Assembly: GCA_963772975.1 (NCBI GenBank)
Contig: CAVYZH010000005.1
Span: 142,207-206,206 of the forward strand
DNA length: 64,000 nt
Origin: an uncultured Actinomycetes bacterium
GTDB lineage: Bacteria > Actinomycetota > Thermoleophilia > Gaiellales > Gaiellaceae
Direction: 5' to 3'
Shown: piece after piece, positions 58,153 through 64,000 of the stretch
How the letters are laid out: every line of letters begins with the position of its first letter
Position numbering within the stretch: the first letter of the stretch is position 1
Program-made: the position numbers and the translations under genes
Notes under the pieces: generated by a model
Told to the model about the DNA's origin: nothing
The model's input: only the letters and a program-made list of their open reading frames with translations
Database searches by the model: none

Positions 58153-60399
58153 CGGTCGCCGGAGTCGCTGGTGACACGATGGCCCCGAGCGTTGCGATCA
58201 CCTCGCCCGCGAGCCAACGCGCAGGTGAGTGACATCCTGAACGTGACCGCGATCGCGAGTGACAACGTCGGCATTGTCGGGGTGCAGTTCCTGGTGGACG
58301 GAGTCAACGCGGGGGTCGAGGACACGGCTTCTCCGTACGCGTTGGCGTGGGATACGCGCACGGTCGCGAACGGTGCGCACACGTTGACGGCGCGTGCGCG
58401 CGATGCGGCGGGCAACTCGACGCTTTCTGCTGCGGTGCCCGTGAACGTGGCGAACACGAGCTCGTTCCAGAACGAGATCCTCGCGACCGGTTTCAACCTC
58501 CCGACGAGCATGGTGTTCCTCCCCGACGGCCGCATGCTGGTTTCCGAGCTTCCCGGCACCATCAAAGTGCTGAGCCCGCCGTACACGAGTCGTGAGCCCG
58601 ACACCCTTCTTGCAGCTGACCAACGTCGGCAACGACGGCTACGCCGGGCTGCAGCAGGGCATCTTCTCGATCGCCCTCGACCCGAACTTCGCGACCAATC
58701 ACTACTACTACGTCTTCTACACGACGAGAACGCCGAACCGTGACCGGCTCTCACGGTTCACCGCCGACGCCACTCTCACCACGACGAACCTCAACACCGA
58801 AGTCGTCCTCTACCAGGATCCGCAGGACGCCAACACCGAGCATCACGGCGGCGCGATCGTGTTCGGGAATGACGGGAAGCTCTACTTCACGACGGGTGAT
58901 CATTTCCAGGGCTCCCCGTCGCAGGATCTGACGAGTCCACGCGGGAAGCTCCATCGCATCAACCCGGATGGGACGGTGCCGACCGACAACCCGTTCTACG
59001 ACGGGAACGGGCCGAACGTCGACTCGATCTGGGCGCTTGGTCTGCGCAATCCCTACCGCGCCTACTACGACCTGCCCACCGGCCGGCTCTTCATCGGCGA
59101 CGTCGGCGGCAACGACCCCGCTACCGCCAGGGAGGAGGTCAACCTCGGCGCGCGCGGGCGCCAACTACGGCTGGCCGAACAGCGAAGGCCCGTGCGCCAG
59201 CCCCTGCAAGAGCCCGCTCTATTCGTACGCGCACAACGGCCGCGACGCCGTCGTCACGGGTGGGTTCGTCTACCACGGGACACAGTTCCCGAGCAGCTAC
59301 CAGGGCAGCTACTTCTTCGCCGACTACGCACAGAACTGGATCAAGCGGCTGACCTTCGACGCGAGCGGGAACGTCAACGGCGTCTTCAACTTCGAACCGC
59401 CGGACGGCTCCTCCGACGGCCCCTACGGCGACATCGTGTACCTCACGGAGGGACCCGAGGGAGCGCTGTACTACATCGATCTCGGCTACTCCGACACCAG
59501 CGGCACATTCGGCGTCAGCAAGATCCGCCGGATTCGCTTTGTGAGCGGGAACCAGGCGCCGATCGCGGTCGGGTCGGCAACTCCGAACTCTGGGCCGGCG
59601 CCGCTTGCGGTCAGCTTCTCGAGTGCCGGCTCGTCCGATCCTGAGGGCCAGGCGCTGACCTACGCCTGGACGTTCGGGGACGGCGGCACCTCGACCGCGG
59701 CAAATCCGAGCCACACCTACGCGCAGGCGGGTCAGTACTCGGCGCGGCTGTCGGTCTCGGACGGCGTGAACACGACCTTCTCGACACCGATCTCGATCAG
59801 GGTCGGCAGCCCACCGACGGCCACCATTCTCGCACCCACCGACGGTGCCTTGTTCCGCGCCGGAGACGTCATCTCGTTCAGCGGAGACGCCACCGACCCG
59901 GATGACGGCACCTTGCCCGCCAATCGGCCTACACCTGGACGATCGACTTCCTCCACGACGGCCACGTCCACCCCGGCGCGTCACAAACACGGCATCAAGA
60001 GCGGCACGTTCACGATCCCGACTAGCGGTCACGACTTCAGCGGCAACACCCGCTACCGGATCACGCTCACGGTCACAGACTCGACAGGGCTGACCGACAC
60101 TCGCTCGGTGCTGATCTATCCGCGGAAGGTGAATCTCTCCTTCAGCACGGCGCCGGCCGGCCTCACCTCTGTATCTCGACGGGATCGCCAAGACGACACC
60201 CTTTGTCTACGACACGCTGATCGGTTTCAGCCATACGGTCGAGGCCCGCAACCAGGCCTCGGGCGGGACGTCGTACACGTTCGGGTCGTGGTCGGACGGC
60301 GGTGCGCAGACGCATACGATCGTCGTGCCGGCGGCCGATCAGAGCTACGTCGCCACCTTCCAGGCGAGCGCGGCACCGCCGGCGATCGCGGCGTATCCG

Positions 60400-61017
60400 T
60401 TCAACGAGGGGTCGGGGACGACGGCTGCAGATGCGTCGGGGAGTGGGCTGACGGGCACGCTGACGAACGGGGCGGCATGGGGAACGGGCCGGAACGCAGG
60501 TGCGGTGTTGTTGGATGGCGTGGACGACTTTGTCGAGCTGGGGAATCCGGCACTGCTGCAGCTGACGGGAAGCATGACCGTGAGTGCGTGGATCAACTCG
60601 GCGGCGTTCCCGGTCGATGATGCGGCGATCGTCTCCAAGCGCCGAGTGGCGAGATCGGCTATCAGCTCGACACCACCGTCGATCGTGGGCCGCGCACGAT
60701 CGGGTTCAAGCTGACCAACAGCTCGGGCGGCACCATGTTCCGGTACGGGGCGACGACGCTGCAGGCGAACACCTGGTACTTCGTGACCGGCGTCTATGAC
60801 GCTGCGACGTCTGCGTTGCACGTGTACCTGAACGGCCAGCTGGACGACGGCACGCTGCTCGGCACGGTCACGTCGACGCAGCAGAACTCGTCTGCCAACG
60901 TCAACATCGGCCGGCGCCCAACCGGCAACAGCTTCAACTTCAACGGTCGTATCGACGACGTGCGCATCTACAACCGAGCACTGACACAGACCGAGATCCA
61001 GGCGGACATGAATACGC
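60400..61017 (+). repeat. LamG-domain direct repeat, copy 2 (~620 bp)
   Basis: See copy 1. It starts at TTCAACGAGGGGTCGGGGACGACGGCTGC and ends at GAGATCCAGGCGGACATGAA. Confidence 0.85.
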
Positions 61018-61975
61018 CGCTCGGGAGTCCGGTGTGGACACCCAGCCTCCGACGTGCACCCACTGAGATGAGTGCGACGGCGCAGAGTTCGACGTCAGAT
61101 CAACCTCAGTTGGTCTTCGGCTACCGACAACGTCGCCGTCACCGGCTATCGGGTTGAGCGCTGCCAGGGTGCCGGCTGCTCGTCGTTCTCCAGAGATCGC
61201 CGAGCCCACGAGCGCGACGCTCTTACAGCGACACCGGGAAGCGCCGCGAGCACGAGCTACTCCTACCGAGTGCGCGCGATCGACGCTGCCAGCAACCTCG
61301 GCCCCTACTCGACGACGGCGAGAGCGATCGACGCAGGCGACGAGATCAGGCCTTGTCGCCGCCTATGCGTTCAATGAGGGTTAAGGAACCACGGTAGCTG
61401 ACTACTCGGGAGACGGGATCACGGGTGCAGTGCGAACGCGACGTGGACGACGCTGGGCAAGTACGGAAACGCGCTGACTTTCAACGGTACGAGTGCCCTC
61501 GTCACGATCGCCGATGCGCCAGCGACTACAGCTGACTACGCGACTGACTCGCGAGGCGTGGGTGAACCCAACGGTCGTAATCTGTAGCCTGACGCGACGT
61601 CATCTACAAAGGCAATGACCCAAGTTCGACTACCTACTCGACCACGACTATCGCGGAATCCCGCAGTACCAGCAGGCGGAGGAACAGCTCGGGGACGAGC
61701 ACCGTCGAGACGTACGGAAACGACTGCGCTCGCGCGCGAACACATGTAAGTACTTGGCCACGACGTACGATGCGACACGCATTCGACTCTACCTGAACGG
61801 CCTCGAGATCTCGAGCCGGGCGAGGCCCGGCACCATCATCTCCTCAGTGAACCCGCTTCAGATCGGTAGACGATTCGAGCTTCGAACAGCTTCTTCTCGC
61901 GCCCGAATCGACGAAGTTCGCGCGTTCAACGTCGCGCGAACTCATCAGAGATCCAGGCGGATATGAGCACGCCGA

Positions 61976-62281
61976 TTACAACCTCGCCACTCTCATGGCT
62001 GCAACTTGGTTGGTGAGATCGCGCGATCCATCCAGAGCAACGGCCAGCGGAGCGTCCTGTTCATCGCTCCGACGAGGCGCGCTGGCAAGCGTGGCCTGCG
62101 GATCGTTCGCGGTTAGGTACTTCGCCCCGGCCATCGCGCCTCCGGTCAGCGCCAAGAAAAAGGCCGCCAAGAACAAGGCCAGCGTCACCATCACGTTCGC
62201 GTAGCTCAGCCGTCGCCGAAGGCCAGTGAGAAGGTGAGTCACCAGGGTGCGATCGAGGCCGACATTTCCGTCGAGGTTCAT
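61976..62281 (-). CDS. Possible N-terminally anchored hypothetical protein (101 aa)
   Basis: Internal ATG 62281 of track ORF 61976..62461: MNLDGNVGLDRTLVTHLLTGLRRRLSYANVMVTLALFLAAFFLALTGGAMAGAKYL.... The start region is duplicated, with a frameshift, at 62696. Lower GC; may be degenerate. Confidence 0.3.
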   Translation of the reverse strand: MNLDGNVGLDRTLVTHLLTGLRRRLSYANVMVTLALFLAAFFLALTGGAMAGAKYLTANDPQATLASAPRRSDEQDAPLAVALDGSRDLTNQVAAMRVARL

Positions 62282-62393
62282 GAGAACGACCTCAGCGCGC
62301 CAAGGACCCAGCTCAGGAGCTCGAGCGGCTACAACTCCGGCCGCGATGAGAGCCGAATAGGTCGCCTTGATCCCGCGATGCGCCGACTGCGAC
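62234..62393 (-). repeat. Paralogous ~160-nt segment R1 (5' region plus first codons of gene 61976..62281)
   Basis: Aligns with 62652..62807. Shared blocks (minus strand): GGATCAAGGCG, CTCTCATC, GGCGCGCT, ATGAACCTCGACGGAA, CTCGATCGCACCCT.GTGAC.CAC. Confidence 0.6.
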
Positions 62394-62651
62394 GAGGCGT
62401 GGCCGCTGGCCGACGACGAGCTTGGCAGGCGCACTCCGGCGGTGACACACTCGACGAGCAAGAAGAGATGTTCTTATACTAATAGAGCCACAGGGGCTGC
62501 GCCCGATCGCTAATGCGACGCGTCTCGGCTTCGCCATGACGTTCCGTCGATCGCCTTGTGTCCTCAGCTGCCTGCGTGGCAGTCGAACTTAATCGGATGA
62601 CTCTTCAGTTTTCTCGCCGACGTTTCGCACAGGACCTACATCCGCTCGAAC

Positions 62652-62807
62652 GTGGGTCACGAGGGTGCGATCGAGGTCGATCTTCCGTCGAGGTTCATCG
62701 AGCTCGATCTCGAGCGCGCCGAGGAGAACAAACGAGCGGCAGATCCTGGCTCGCCGATGAGAGTTGAGCGCACCCGCCTTGATCCTGCATGCGCCGAGTG
62801 CGACGAC
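62652..62807 (-). repeat. Paralogous ~160-nt segment R2 (frameshifted copy of R1)
   Basis: Same blocks as R1, with a 1-nt deletion after ATGAACCTCGACGGAA that puts the copy out of frame (MNLDGRSTSIAPS stop). Confidence 0.6.
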
Positions 62808-63128
62808 TTGTGTTCGTTTGCTGGCGACTATCGGGTCATGAATCCCATGAAGAAGCTGATGTCTTGGTGGCGAGGGCCCACCGACGCAGAGACGCTTGCT
62901 TCGGACGAGGCTCAGCGTCTGGATGCAGCACGTCGCCAGACGATCAGAATCTCGCAAAACACCGCGGCGAAGCAAGCCGGCAGCTCCCTCCTCTCCGCTC
63001 CCACGCCGGACGTGCTCGATCCAGGCGGCGATCACAGCCACTCCCGTTGACGCTCCCCTCCCGCCCCGGTGGGAGTGGTCACGAGGAGATGAGGTCCTGC
63101 CCGCCGGCTGGATCTAGCCGGTCACGGC

Positions 63129-63410
63129 CTAGTCCTGGGGTTTATCGATCTTCCCCGGCCAAATGCCGGTCCGGCGGAAGTACTCGGTTGCGAACGTCCG
63201 ATCCACGAGGGCTTTCACGCCGCCGAAGACAGCGCCCTTGAGCATCGCCGCCACGACGACTTTCGTCCAGCCTCGGGACTGCTCCAAGGCCTGCGGCATC
63301 TCCGTTTCCTTGGAGAGAAACGTCCACAGCCTCCTGAAGATCGCACCCGCTGCCCGGCTGGCAATGACACCGGCAATGATCGCGAACGGCTTGTAGAGCA
63401 ACTTCATCAT
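63129..63410 (-). CDS. DUF4235-like small membrane-associated protein
   Basis: ATG 63410/63407 inside track ORF 63129..63443: MMKLLYKPFAIIAGVIASRAAGAIFRRLWTFLSKETEMPQALEQSRGWTKVVVAAMLKGAVFGGVKALVDR.... Confidence 0.75.
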   Translation of the reverse strand: MMKLLYKPFAIIAGVIASRAAGAIFRRLWTFLSKETEMPQALEQSRGWTKVVVAAMLKGAVFGGVKALVDRTFATEYFRRTGIWPGKIDKPQD

Positions 63411-63513
63411 CTCTGGTGTGGCACCCGGTGCCGAGTCAACCATGTCTTACCGGTCACGGCGCAATGTTCTCGCATTTCGTCGGGCTCTAGGATGAACAGG
63501 CGATGCGGCTTCC

Positions 63514-64000
63514 GTGAGCACCCAGACCGGAGTCGCGCTCGTTCTCGCGCTGGCGTCCACGACGCTGACCAACATCGCGTACCTCCTCGAGCACGACGCC
63601 GCGGCCGCACTCCCCACGCTTTCGCTTCGCAGGCCCCTGCACTCCGTGCAGGCGCTGCTCACCGACCGCAGCTGGCTGCTGGGCTTCGCGCTCGAGAGTG
63701 CGGGCTTTGCGCTCTACGTCGCCGCGCTCGCGCTGGCGCCGCTCTCGCTCGTCCAGAGCGTGGCCGCGGGCGGGATCGGGATCCTCGCCTTCGTCTCGGC
63801 CCGGATGAGCCATCGGCAGCTCGGGCGAACCGAGCTGGCAGGCGTGTGGATCTCGATGCTCGGGCTGCTCGCGCTCGCCGTCTCGCTGGTGGGCGGCAGC
63901 GGCGAGGGCACGGGCGGTACCACGGGCGAGATCCTGCTCTGGCTCGGTGCGACGGCGGCCGCGGCGGGCGTTGCGCTGCTGCTCGGCCGCCGGTTCGGGT
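63514..64000 (+). CDS. Polytopic membrane protein (DMT/NIPA-like?), partial, continues past the window end
   Basis: Not in the track (no stop). GTG 63514: VSTQTGVALVLALASTTLTNIAYLLEHDAAAALPTLSLRRPLHSVQALLTDRSWLLGFALESAGFALYVAALALAPLSLVQSVAAGGIGILAF.... Confidence 0.6.
   Translation, partial: MSTQTGVALVLALASTTLTNIAYLLEHDAAAALPTLSLRRPLHSVQALLTDRSWLLGFALESAGFALYVAALALAPLSLVQSVAAGGIGILAFVSARMSHRQLGRTELAGVWISMLGLLALAVSLVGGSGEGTGGTTGEILLWLGATAAAAGVALLLGRRFG

Larger units (their letters stand above)
57357..61980 (+). pseudogene. Multiply frameshifted gene for a large secreted LamG / Ig-like / PQQ-sugar-dehydrogenase beta-propeller / PKD / LamG / FN3 / LamG protein
   Basis: The domains are readable across track ORFs 57357..58232, 58171..58743, 58592..59644, 58968..60620, 60325..60714, 60735..61157, 61072..61377 and 61154..61384, plus untracked frames. 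Hand-mapped frame switches lie near 57607, 57727, 58212, 58591, 59157, 59923, 59990, 60168, 60643, 61098, about 61185 and about 61240. In-frame stops occur after 61380. Confidence 0.8.

Noticed and set aside
57297-60191. Minus-strand ORFs 57297..58754 (485 aa) and 59139..60191 (350 aa)
   Set aside because: Antisense to the LamG/propeller/PKD coding sequence, whose domains are recognisable on the plus strand.
62354-62372. Possible att-type direct repeat of the tRNA-Ala 3' end (TTGATCCCGCGATGCGCC versus TTCGATCCCGGTACGCTCC)
   Set aside because: Only about 15/21 match, with a gap. The same motif belongs to the R1/R2 paralogous repeat, and no integrase is present.
62589-63050. ORFs 62589..63041(-) and 62652..63050(+), also 62234..62482(+)
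   Set aside because: They lie over the R1/R2 repeats. The 1-nt indel between the copies breaks the plus-strand frames, and the minus-strand ORF is a frameshifted copy. No domain signal.

Overview
This is a GC-rich (roughly 70% by eye) bacterial chromosomal segment with actinobacterial-style gene content; the taxon cannot be fixed from sequence alone. I count about 60 protein genes and 2 tRNAs (Gln-UUG, Ala-UGC). I saw no rRNA, CRISPR array, transposase or integrase. Genes are tightly packed, with many 4-nt ATGA/GTGA start-stop overlaps. Most long ORFs in the supplied track that lie antisense to these genes, or read through them, are GC-driven shadow ORFs. Core blocks: prs-glmU; metG-tatD-rsmA-ispE; rsmI; ROK glucokinase next to an LCP protein; psuK-psuG; one dnaK-grpE-dnaJ-orf63-hspR-clpB heat-shock operon; moaA; carbamate kinase; ornithine carbamoyltransferase. 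Points worth a second look: (1) An inositol-phospholipid cluster: a PAP2-like protein, a PIP-synthase-type CDP-alcohol phosphatidyltransferase, a myo-inositol-1-phosphate synthase with an in-frame N-terminal tandem ribbon-helix-helix module behind a perfect palindrome, and a PimA-like GT4 fused to a PHP phosphoesterase. (2) A small polytopic membrane protein with presenilin/signal-peptide-peptidase-like motifs. (3) A six-gene operon: DUF4331, TPR protein, two NicO-type Ni/Co transporters, anti-sigma factor, ECF sigma factor. (4) A Ser/Thr kinase with a beta-propeller ectodomain, divergent from a SARP regulator with a USP-like C-terminal domain. (5) A variable, lower-GC region downstream of tRNA-Ala that holds gene remnants and a ~4.6 kb heavily frameshifted LamG/PQQ-sugar-dehydrogenase/PKD/FN3 gene with a ~620 bp near-identical internal duplication. 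(6) Single-indel disruptions of otherwise conserved genes (ispE, an EamA transporter, DUF4331), which may be real or assembly errors. (7) A 48-nt hairpin repeat immediately 3' of two unrelated small ORFs. All functional calls rest on motif recognition by eye; no database search was run.
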